Origin: a virus
Virus record (IMG/VR): IMGVR_UViG_3300032322_001562
Span: 4,769 to 68,768 of that record
DNA: 64,000 nucleotides
Strand: one strand, 5' to 3'
The notes beneath the pieces are model-generated. The model was not told the DNA's origin. It ran no database searches and saw nothing but the letters and a program-made list of their open reading frames with translations. Positions 21,218 through 29,455 of the stretch are shown here, piece after piece (the first letter of the stretch is position 1; each line of letters starts with the position of its first letter). The translations under genes were made by a program, and so were the position numbers.

Positions 21218-23427
21218 TATCGTCCGTTCTTTAGCATGTCTAGAAGCTTGGCTCTATCTTTGACTATCTGGTCAAAGTTGTCGGCTTTGACATCTAGAGC
21301 CTCTATAACTCTTTCTTCAATTGTTCCTTCGGTCACATAGTCGGTGATGAGAATCGAATCGTGAATCTCGGAGCCAATTCTGTGAACCCGGTCCAGGGCC
21401 TGCTTGTAGTCAACAAGTGACCATGGTCTCTGAAGCATAACAAGTCGACGTGCCGCTGTCAAGGTGACACCCACACCACCAGCCTGAGCAGTGAAAAGAA
21501 TCCACTTAATCTTTCCTGACTGGAAGTTATCGATAGCCTGCTGACGCTCCGACTCACTCTGAGCACCAGTAATTAGACCGTGCTTGATATCTTCCTTAGT
21601 CATGCGTGCACTAAGAAGCTCTATCAGTTGTCGAGATACGGCGCAGACAGCCACTTGGTCACCCTCGTAGTCTCCGTTTTTAATGTCATCCATCAGAGCA
21701 TCGACCTTACAGGATGGGTCAGACAATTTAATGCTTTCCTCTCCCGTTTCGGAAACTTCAATCTCGGCGTAAGCGCTGGCAAACTGAACCAACCTTAAAG
21801 TCTGAGTTAGAGGGTTTGGAGCAACCACAACATCTCCAGACGAGTCCGTGCTTCCATCTTTTTCCAGAAGGGTAATCATGTTTTCCAGCATCTGGTTGTA
21901 AGCCTTCTCTTGCTTAGCACCCATCTCAACGTCACGCCGTGAGTTGATTACTTCTGGCAGCCAAGGAAGAACTCTTGCTTTAAGCATGCGACGCATACGT
22001 GGGTTGATTCCAGCGTAGAACTCTTGTTCCATTTCTGGCTTAAGTCCTAGAACCAGCATTCCACCGAAAGCATTGACCATTGTGTTTACATAGCGATCAA
22101 TCCACTTAGTTCTTGTAGGCCACTCTGTCTCGTCAAGCCAGTGAAGAATTGGCCAAAGGTCAATTACATTGTTAGCAATTGGAGTACCGGTTAGTGCATA
22201 GCGAATATCTGCATGACCACTGGCTGCCCAAAGAGCTCTGGTCTGCTTGCTTTTTGGGTCCTTTGACCTGTGAATCTCGTCGGCTATGACTGACTTGAAA
22301 TCAATCATGTTCAGCTCACGTTTGTGAACCTCGCAGCGGGCCTCTGTGACCCTAGAGTCGTGGCCACCGCACTCGGTGCAGCGGGCTAGGGCAATAGACC
22401 CGTAGGGCTGAAGCCTAGAGTGGCCCCTGAGGGATTCCCAGTTGGCTACTACAACAGTTTTACGACAGGTACAACTTTGCTCTGTCGAGCCATAAGATAT
22501 CACGCTCTGCTTGATGGATTGCAGTGTTGCACTGTCTGCAGAGGACCCCCCTAATTTTTCCAGTGGAATGGCAGTGGTCGAGGACGTTAGCTGGTCTTGG
22601 GCATAAACCACATTTGTAGTCTGCATCAGAGAAATATTGCTCGTACTGATCGACGGTGATTCCGTAGCTTGTCTCGACGTGTCTACGTTTAGAGGCAATG
22701 GCTCGTTTTGACTTAGGCCACTGTTTACTATTAGCCCGCTGGCGCTCTCTATATTCTGGATTTCGCTCTCGGAGATCTTTTTCGTAGCAGCTTCTACATT
22801 TTTCTTTTGCGTAGACTCTAATCTCTGGGTGACACTGTGAATAGCGCATATATCAGAGTTTATCACGTCATCAAATGCCTTACGCCTCTGGGTGGCAGAC
22901 CCCTTGATAATCTGTACATCAACCCCGGGCCACCATTTATCAAATTCTCGCTGCCAGTTGCTCTTTAGAGTGTTGGGGCAGACAATTAGGGCCGGAAAAA
23001 CCTGCTCTCCGCGGTCATATAAGCGCTTTAGAGACCTTATAGCCTGGGCGGTCTTCCCCAGACCCGGTTCGTCCGCTAAAAGGGCTCTACGGGCCTTAGA
23101 GAGGAACTCTACGCCTGCCCTCTGGTGTGGGAAAAGGTCTTGGTCGCCATCCTCTAGGACTTCTACGTCCCTCAGGCTGTTGCTGGGGTCAATTCTGCTA
23201 ATTCTCTCGTTTTTAGCCCATTCGGCTAGCACTGGCCCGATTTCTAGGTCTTCCTTAAAGGTTGACCTTAGTGATAGGCAACCAGTCCAAGACAGAGGGA
23301 TAGTCCAAACCTGCTTTTCTTGGCTCCACTTAGAGCCTGGAAGTGCCCTGCAGATCTCTTTCAGCCTCCAGGGGGCATCAATAACGATTTTTTTGCTAGA
23401 GGGGTCTAGCTCTACCTTTACAGGCAT
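21217..23427 (-). CDS. SNF2-family helicase with a ~140-aa in-frame insertion
   Basis: LADEPGLGKT, DEIH, LTGTP, GGVGVTLT, QALDRVHRIG; low-complexity insert at residues ~186-325. Confidence 0.9.
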   Translation of the reverse strand: MPVKVELDPSSKKIVIDAPWRLKEICRALPGSKWSQEKQVWTIPLSWTGCLSLRSTFKEDLEIGPVLAEWAKNERISRIDPSNSLRDVEVLEDGDQDLFPHQRAGVEFLSKARRALLADEPGLGKTAQAIRSLKRLYDRGEQVFPALIVCPNTLKSNWQREFDKWWPGVDVQIIKGSATQRRKAFDDVINSDICAIHSVTQRLESTQKKNVEAATKKISESEIQNIESASGLIVNSGLSQNEPLPLNVDTSRQATESPSISTSNISLMQTTNVVYAQDQLTSSTTAIPLEKLGGSSADSATLQSIKQSVISYGSTEQSCTCRKTVVVANWESLRGHSRLQPYGSIALARCTECGGHDSRVTEARCEVHKRELNMIDFKSVIADEIHRSKDPKSKQTRALWAASGHADIRYALTGTPIANNVIDLWPILHWLDETEWPTRTKWIDRYVNTMVNAFGGMLVLGLKPEMEQEFYAGINPRMRRMLKARVLPWLPEVINSRRDVEMGAKQEKAYNQMLENMITLLEKDGSTDSSGDVVVAPNPLTQTLRLVQFASAYAEIEVSETGEESIKLSDPSCKVDALMDDIKNGDYEGDQVAVCAVSRQLIELLSARMTKEDIKHGLITGAQSESERQQAIDNFQSGKIKWILFTAQAGGVGVTLTAARRLVMLQRPWSLVDYKQALDRVHRIGSEIHDSILITDYVTEGTIEERVIEALDVKADNFDQIVKDRAKLLDMLKNGR
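22460..22849 (-). CDS. Endonuclease VII-family nuclease nested in an alternate frame of the helicase (putative homing endonuclease)
   Basis: YGIT..QY...CGLC...LDHCHSTGKIRGVLCRQCNTAI motif; N-terminal C-H...CxxC. Confidence 0.88.
   Translation of the reverse strand: MRYSQCHPEIRVYAKEKCRSCYEKDLRERNPEYRERQRANSKQWPKSKRAIASKRRHVETSYGITVDQYEQYFSDADYKCGLCPRPANVLDHCHSTGKIRGVLCRQCNTAIHQAERDILWLDRAKLYLS
22857..22865 (-). promoter_or_regulatory. Extended -10 (TG-a-TAAACT) for leaderless expression of the nested endonuclease
   Basis: TGnTAnnnT lies 7 nt before ATG 22849; no SD; same geometry at the free-standing endonuclease gene. Confidence 0.55.
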
Positions 23428-23502
23428 TCAACTCCGTTCGTCATTTCGTCTCTATATTATCAGAAAAAATTAGCCTAGGCGACTATTTTTTGATAATAAC
23501 TT

Positions 23503-23967
23503 TTATTGCAGCAATTTTACTGGTTTCCAGCCAGTTTTTACAAATCTCAGTAGGGCGTGTCGGATTGAGTCCAAAGCGTGACCCTCACCTCCACGATGCC
23601 AGTATTCTAGCTTCTTAAGCTTCTCGTTGTCAAACATGGCTTTAGCGTCGGCTGGCGACTGAAAGTAAATGTCATCCATTGGACGCCCGTTGTCCTTCAG
23701 GCACTGCTTAAGAATTCCTATTACCTCTAGCGAGTACGGAGCCTGGGAGTTTTTAACGGTCTGGGCGTTGATAGTAAATCGCTCACATACTACGTCTATG
23801 TGGTGTCGCTTTTCTGGTGCCCAGAGAGCTCCTCGAAAGACCTCGGCTACCTCTTCCTGCTGAAGCTCTTTAGACCAAATTAGAACTGGATCTTGATCCC
23901 TCTCCCGACTAAACAAAGAAACTCCGCTTGCTTTCCCGGGGTCTACAGATAAAACGTAATGAATCAC
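23503..23967 (-). CDS. RuvC-like/RNase H-fold resolvase
   Basis: GTG at 23967 overlaps the polymerase stop (GTGA); LSVDPG..SG, VVCERF, HALDS.RHA. Confidence 0.75.
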   Translation of the reverse strand: MIHYVLSVDPGKASGVSLFSRERDQDPVLIWSKELQQEEVAEVFRGALWAPEKRHHIDVVCERFTINAQTVKNSQAPYSLEVIGILKQCLKDNGRPMDDIYFQSPADAKAMFDNEKLKKLEYWHRGGEGHALDSIRHALLRFVKTGWKPVKLLQ

Positions 23968-25784
23968 TGGTATTTCGCTCCCCAGCTTTCTAGTGGACCG
24001 TCCACATCTGCGGTCAGGGGCACAGCCCAGCCCCTGCGGGTGGTCATGCATTCTCTAACTAACTTTTTAATTTCCTCGGCCTCGTTCCTTGGAGCATTCA
24101 ACACTATCTCATCATGAACTGGGACAATCAGCAAGTCAGTTAAATCCTGCTGGTCTAGTTTTATAAGGTTGGACTTAAAGACCTCAGCCGCGCCACCCTG
24201 AATAAGGTAATTCACAAGAGTATAGACACGGTCATCATCGCAGGGGAGTCTTCTTCCAGTCCACGTTTTCACATAGCCAACGTTCTCGGTCTCTAGAGTT
24301 ACCCTCCCCTGCTCTTCAATCTTTCTCTGGAACACCTGCATTCCAGGGAACCTGCTATCAAAAGCATTAGATACTGCACGCATCTGCTCTTCTGGCACAC
24401 CAGCAGTAAGTGCCTGTTTAGCAACACCTGCACCATACAGACGACCATAGACAACGCCCTTAATCAGTGCGCGTCGTTTGTCGGACTTTTGCATAGTCGG
24501 GTCTCTGTAGATTTCTCTACCAATTTCTGTGAATGGGTCAGAGCCAGTTGCATCGGCTTTCAGGAAAAGTTGAATAAGGTTGGGGTCTTCAGAAAGCGAA
24601 GCAAACATACGGAACTCAACCTGGTCAAGGTCGGAAGTGACAATTACGTGGTTTTCATCTTTAGGTAGGAATGCACGGCGGACAGTGTCATCGCCCTTAG
24701 GTAGGGTCTGAAGAGCGGGGTTCTGGATAGACATACGACCAGTGCGTGCTCCCATCGTGTTGACGGATGGGTGTACAAATCCATTGATGTTGTCATTTAT
24801 AAAGTTGGCAAAGTAGGTGCTAGCTAGCTTTCCGGCTTTTCTGTAGTTAAGAGTTGCCTCTGCTAGCTGCCTGACTTCTGGATTACCGTCACGAACTATT
24901 AGCTTCAGCTGGTCAGCTGATGCGGACTTTTGGCCAGACTCGGTTTTGTCAAATATTTCAAAGCCAAGCTGCTCGAACTTTTGAACTAGCTGCTGGTTGC
25001 TTCCAATAGAGATTCCATAAGTACTCTTAGCCCAGTCGCGAACTTGGTCAGTGTATTGAACAAGTTCGTCATATTTCTTCTGTGAGTACTCTAAATCTAG
25101 ACGAGCTCCGTTTAGCTCCATCTGCGTAACTATTCGACGGGTATTCATCTCTAGCTCGTATGGATAGCTGTAGGGCCGCCCGGGGGCGCAGTCCTGCCAA
25201 AACAGATGAAACAGCTTCATGGTCAGAACTGTGTCCAAAGCACCGTAAGCCCAGTAGGGCTGGAACTTGTATGGAACTGTGCCCCAGGTCCAGCCATTGT
25301 CTGTGAGTCCTCTGTCGAGGGCGTCCTGCAGATACGCAGCTAGCGGATCAATCTTTTGTTCAGTGAGCTTTTTAAGAGCCCCCGTGCCTAGCGGATCAAT
25401 AATTTTGGCCATAATCATGGTGTCATGAGCTCGGTGCCAAGGAATAGACCACTCGGACTGAATCTCGAACCACTTGGCTTCAAAGGCTATGTTGTGGCAA
25501 ACAATGGGGCCGTTAAATTTGTGCATTGCCTCGTAGAAAACGCCCTTCCAGTTCTCCCAAGGGATAGACCAGCCATGCATAGCATCGCCAACCTGAACTA
25601 GGCGCAGCTGGCCGTGCCAAGGAGAGAGTGCGTGTGCACGAGGATTGCCTGGAAGCTCTCCAGTTTCTGTGTCTATGGCAATTGCATTTAATGGACGCCG
25701 CTCACCCAGCCAACGCATAAAGTCGTTGGCGGCGTCTAAATTGTCGACCAGAGTGAATTGCACTCCATCGAGTCCGTTTGTCAT
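23964..25784 (-). CDS. polA: Family A DNA polymerase (3'-5' exonuclease + polymerase)
   Basis: DTETG, YGALD, ARTGRMS..NP.LQ, motif A DLDQVEFR, motif B KGVVYGRLYG, motif C VHDE. Confidence 0.95.
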   Translation of the reverse strand: MTNGLDGVQFTLVDNLDAANDFMRWLGERRPLNAIAIDTETGELPGNPRAHALSPWHGQLRLVQVGDAMHGWSIPWENWKGVFYEAMHKFNGPIVCHNIAFEAKWFEIQSEWSIPWHRAHDTMIMAKIIDPLGTGALKKLTEQKIDPLAAYLQDALDRGLTDNGWTWGTVPYKFQPYWAYGALDTVLTMKLFHLFWQDCAPGRPYSYPYELEMNTRRIVTQMELNGARLDLEYSQKKYDELVQYTDQVRDWAKSTYGISIGSNQQLVQKFEQLGFEIFDKTESGQKSASADQLKLIVRDGNPEVRQLAEATLNYRKAGKLASTYFANFINDNINGFVHPSVNTMGARTGRMSIQNPALQTLPKGDDTVRRAFLPKDENHVIVTSDLDQVEFRMFASLSEDPNLIQLFLKADATGSDPFTEIGREIYRDPTMQKSDKRRALIKGVVYGRLYGAGVAKQALTAGVPEEQMRAVSNAFDSRFPGMQVFQRKIEEQGRVTLETENVGYVKTWTGRRLPCDDDRVYTLVNYLIQGGAAEVFKSNLIKLDQQDLTDLLIVPVHDEIVLNAPRNEAEEIKKLVRECMTTRRGWAVPLTADVDGPLESWGAKYQ

Positions 25785-25802
25785 TTAAGTCTTTCGTTGT
25801 CG

Positions 25803-26273
25803 TTAAGGGATGATTTCGTAATTGTAGACGTTAGCGATGTTTTTGTCTACTATGGCTGCCTCCTGCATCAACCGCTGAGCGACACCCGTAAGGTAGCGTG
25901 CTCCGTTGTCATCATATTTGTATAGGGCTTCTAGCACAGCGTCAGCTTTGTCGCTTATCTGTGCCCAGTGGCGGTACTTCTCTGGAAATACTAGATCAAT
26001 CATGTCGTCTGGCTCACAGAGCTCGCACGGCACTGCGCCCATTTCCAGTTGAGTGTTGGACTTCTCGTTAAGACCGTACTTTTTTACTAGAGAGCAGGCG
26101 GCACCGTGAAATACAAGGGAGACGCCAGTACGAGAAAGAATGTAGGAGCCAGACTCGGTTTTGTAAAGCTCGAACTCGATCCAGCGGAAAGCGCCCCTAC
26201 GTAGGGAGCTTGATTTGGCAAGCAGGGTCCCGTTGAACTGGAGAACTCGGTCTCCGTCTTTTACTTCTATCAT
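25803..26273 (-). CDS. Hypothetical protein with putative Zn site
   Basis: RWIEFELYKT..G.Y, H...C, CELC.P; coupled to the tail gene. Confidence 0.65.
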   Translation of the reverse strand: MIEVKDGDRVLQFNGTLLAKSSSLRRGAFRWIEFELYKTESGSYILSRTGVSLVFHGAACSLVKKYGLNEKSNTQLEMGAVPCELCEPDDMIDLVFPEKYRHWAQISDKADAVLEALYKYDDNGARYLTGVAQRLMQEAAIVDKNIANVYNYEIIP

Positions 26274-29200
26274 TATGTCGTTCCTTCTAATGCAGCTATT
26301 CTAGTCTGTAATTCATCGTTTTTAGCGGAAAGCTCTTGAACTGCCTTAATTAAAGGTGCAATAAATGAAATATATTCTATGCTTAGGTACTGAACTCCGT
26401 CTTCAGACAAGCTCATTTCGTTTACGATATGGTCTCTGTCATCGAACAGTTCCTGCACTTCCTGAGCGATAAGCCCGTAATTTACCGGACCTTCTGGTTC
26501 TGATTTATATGTGAACTTAACCGGACGAAGTCTCTTAATAATGTCCAAGCTATTGGCTAGCGGCTCAATGTTTTCCTTGAGCCGTAGATCAGAGGGGGTG
26601 GGACCAAACAGTCCGGTACTGCTAAGACGCCCTACAGCGGCCACTGTTCCTAGCGAGGAAAAAGTTAGCTGACCGAGGCGACCGGCCGCAGTTATATTTG
26701 CAGTTCCAGAGGTGCTTAAATTTCCATCAACAACAGTAGAACCAACGCTAATAGCTATGGAAGGAGTGCCAGGCCCTGAAATGTTTATACCGCCTACGGC
26801 AGTAGTACCTTGAATTCTACCTGCTTCATTCCCGTTCTCATCATAGAATACAACGGAGTTAGAGGATCCACTTATAAGAACTCTTTTACCTGAAGCAGCG
26901 GTTCTAAAAGTACCGCCAGTAAAAGTACCTCCAGAGACAGAACCATTAACAGTTAATGTTCCGCTTAAAGTTGCAGTATCTAACTCTAAGTTATTTAAAT
27001 AAGAAAATCCATTAGAATAAAATCTAAAATTACTGCCACCGACACCATCAAGGTGAACAATGCCAGGATTAGCAATTGTAGAACCTCTAATTTCAATCCT
27101 ATTTGTTCCAGCAGCTCCGGTTGAAAGTTTTCCGGTATACACTGTGTCCGCGCTTATTTTATTAGCGTCAATACTTCCAGTAGTTATAGTGCCACCACTT
27201 ATAGTAGTAGTGTTACCGGGATCTACTCCCTCGTTTATTGCACCTACAGCTTTTGCCTTAGTTACTGTAATGTCACCGGCATTTATTCTTGTAATTGCAT
27301 TACCGGCTGTCGTGTTTGCAGTAACGGCAATTCCGCTAGCACTAATTGCGGTGCTATTGGCACTATTCGCCGTATTGTTTGCAGTTACAGCAATAGAATT
27401 TGCAGATATTGCAACACTTTCAACAGCCGACAATTGTTGGCTAGTTGCATATCCACCAATAGTCAAAGTAGAGGTTGCAGTATCAAAGCTTAAAACTGGA
27501 ACGTTGCTAGAGTTTATTGCGTAAATTCCGGTGCTTCTAAGCTCGACGCGGGCGCCAGTGTTAGAAGTCTGGATAACATCACCTCTAACAATTGTTCCAG
27601 TTATAGCACCAACGTTTATTTTGTCCGCAGTTATAGCGTTTCCCTTTATATTTCCAGCCTCAATGGTGAGAGCTTGAATTAACGCACCAGTAATTGTGTT
27701 ACCAATAATTTTGTCAGACGCAACTATTGTTCCCGGCTCAATTTTTGCCCCGCTAATTGTGTTAGCAATGATGTCAGTGTTTACAAGAGGGGCGACTTGG
27801 ATTGCATCAGAGACAACGGATGGATCAGACTTGTCAAGTTCGGTTTCGCTAAGCTTCCTGACAAATACTAATTTAAAGTAGTAGTTAGTTCCATAGCTTA
27901 AGTCAGCAACTACCTGGTAGTCTCCGCCAAGCGTAGGAAGAGTCGTGCCTATAAGTGTTGAGGAAGACGGGGTAAACGTCGAACTTGTAGATTGGTGATA
28001 CTCGACGTAGATAACCCCACGAACAGGCAAGTTCCCAGTCGAATCATTACCGTCCCAAGTAACGGTAATTGTTCCAAGCCTGGAAGATACGAGTGGCTTG
28101 CTTGGAGGATTCAAAGTTTCTGAATATTTTGCTGTTAAAACATTTACTGTTGCAGCCGTTGAATACTGCGACATAATGTCAACGGTGTAGACCCGAATAT
28201 TGTAAGTGGCATTCTGTATTAGCGTGGCGTCTTTGATTTGATAGCTATTTATGCCAGCGCCACCGTCTTTAACAAATTCTTTTTTAAATACGGGATCGCC
28301 AGAACGTTTATACCAGATGTCGTAGCCATCCAAAAATCCCGAAATAGGATCTCCGTTACTTCTAGTAGTGGGTGCTGTCCATGTTAGGTTTATAACAGGA
28401 GTTGTTGAACCTGCTGGAACTTCGCTCGTTCCAGCCAAGCCAGTTACAGGGGAAGGAACAACGCCATCTTTTTCTGGAGTTACCTGCCCGATAGGGTCGG
28501 CAGTGTCATACCATCGGTACTCTTTCCAAACGTACACTTTGTTTGGCTCAACGCTTTTATCTATCCAAACCTCGCCCTCCTCTACGTAAGGCTGGGCTAC
28601 CGGATAAACGTACTTAAATGTACTAGGAGTGAATGCGGAAATAGGCGTTGACAGTGGTGCTTCAAGTTCATACTTAATAATGTTTGTTGATTGAACCTCG
28701 GAGACTTTAAACAGACCGTCTCTACCAAATAGGGCAGTGTATGAAGATCCTAAATTATCTATGTATATGATGTCGCCAACTTTAAATTTATTTGTCGAGT
28801 TAAAAGTAACGGTGACGGTTGATCCAGTAGCCGAAACTGTGTCAATTCTTCTGGTTGTAATTAGTTCTCGGCCGGAAGTGGAGCTATAGGTTTTTGGAAC
28901 AGCAACAACTGGATTGAAAAACACCGTGTAATCCACGGTTTCACCATTGTTTCCAGTAGAGGGGGTATTTCTCCAGCTTCTTCTAGTTTGCCCGGAAGTA
29001 CCTGCAACTCGGACATCTGGATCTGTCCAAGGAGGAGTGTCAGTGGCTATTACCGTAAAACTTTTTGGAGAAATTACAAAATCATCGTCGCTAGTAGCAT
29101 GGACACCCTGTACTCTAAAAGTATTCCCCGGGGGCATTGGAGTGGTGACCTCAGTGCCGGTTTCTGGATCGTTATCAATAGCAGTAACCAGTGGTTCAGA

Positions 29201-29455
29201 AAAATAAAGCTCTATTCTTGAGCCATTACCAGTTACATGGTCTCCATAAATATAACCTTTGATAATTTTCTTGTAAGTCTTTGGCGGCTGAGTCCCGGAG
29301 CCTGGCTTATTAGAGGTCGGATCGACGTCGCTTGGGGTGGATATCGAACTAATAGCCGAAGAAGCTAGACCTAAAGCCTTGCTCTCCACAGTGTGAAGTC
29401 TTCTGTCTAGCTTTGATATAGCTGAAGAAACGCTATTTGTTCTTTCTACTGACAC
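26273..29455 (-). CDS. Tail tip/fibre protein with FN3-like domains and C-terminal intramolecular chaperone (Peptidase_S74)
   Basis: FN3-like LTWTAP...YNIRV; ITADKI..G.I repeats; SDLRLKENI...GLIAQEV plus coiled coil. Confidence 0.85.
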   Translation of the reverse strand: MSVERTNSVSSAISKLDRRLHTVESKALGLASSAISSISTPSDVDPTSNKPGSGTQPPKTYKKIIKGYIYGDHVTGNGSRIELYFSEPLVTAIDNDPETGTEVTTPMPPGNTFRVQGVHATSDDDFVISPKSFTVIATDTPPWTDPDVRVAGTSGQTRRSWRNTPSTGNNGETVDYTVFFNPVVAVPKTYSSTSGRELITTRRIDTVSATGSTVTVTFNSTNKFKVGDIIYIDNLGSSYTALFGRDGLFKVSEVQSTNIIKYELEAPLSTPISAFTPSTFKYVYPVAQPYVEEGEVWIDKSVEPNKVYVWKEYRWYDTADPIGQVTPEKDGVVPSPVTGLAGTSEVPAGSTTPVINLTWTAPTTRSNGDPISGFLDGYDIWYKRSGDPVFKKEFVKDGGAGINSYQIKDATLIQNATYNIRVYTVDIMSQYSTAATVNVLTAKYSETLNPPSKPLVSSRLGTITVTWDGNDSTGNLPVRGVIYVEYHQSTSSTFTPSSSTLIGTTLPTLGGDYQVVADLSYGTNYYFKLVFVRKLSETELDKSDPSVVSDAIQVAPLVNTDIIANTISGAKIEPGTIVASDKIIGNTITGALIQALTIEAGNIKGNAITADKINVGAITGTIVRGDVIQTSNTGARVELRSTGIYAINSSNVPVLSFDTATSTLTIGGYATSQQLSAVESVAISANSIAVTANNTANSANSTAISASGIAVTANTTAGNAITRINAGDITVTKAKAVGAINEGVDPGNTTTISGGTITTGSIDANKISADTVYTGKLSTGAAGTNRIEIRGSTIANPGIVHLDGVGGSNFRFYSNGFSYLNNLELDTATLSGTLTVNGSVSGGTFTGGTFRTAASGKRVLISGSSNSVVFYDENGNEAGRIQGTTAVGGINISGPGTPSIAISVGSTVVDGNLSTSGTANITAAGRLGQLTFSSLGTVAAVGRLSSTGLFGPTPSDLRLKENIEPLANSLDIIKRLRPVKFTYKSEPEGPVNYGLIAQEVQELFDDRDHIVNEMSLSEDGVQYLSIEYISFIAPLIKAVQELSAKNDELQTRIAALEGTT

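Noticed and set aside
22455-22875. Intein, group I intron or ribosomal bypass in the helicase
   Set aside because: No intein terminal HN/N, the insert is almost wholly the nested ORF with no ribozyme space, and there is no in-frame stop to bypass.
23968-24051. Extended start of the RuvC-like gene
   Set aside because: It overlaps the polymerase C-terminus; the GTGA-coupled start at 23967 is more plausible.
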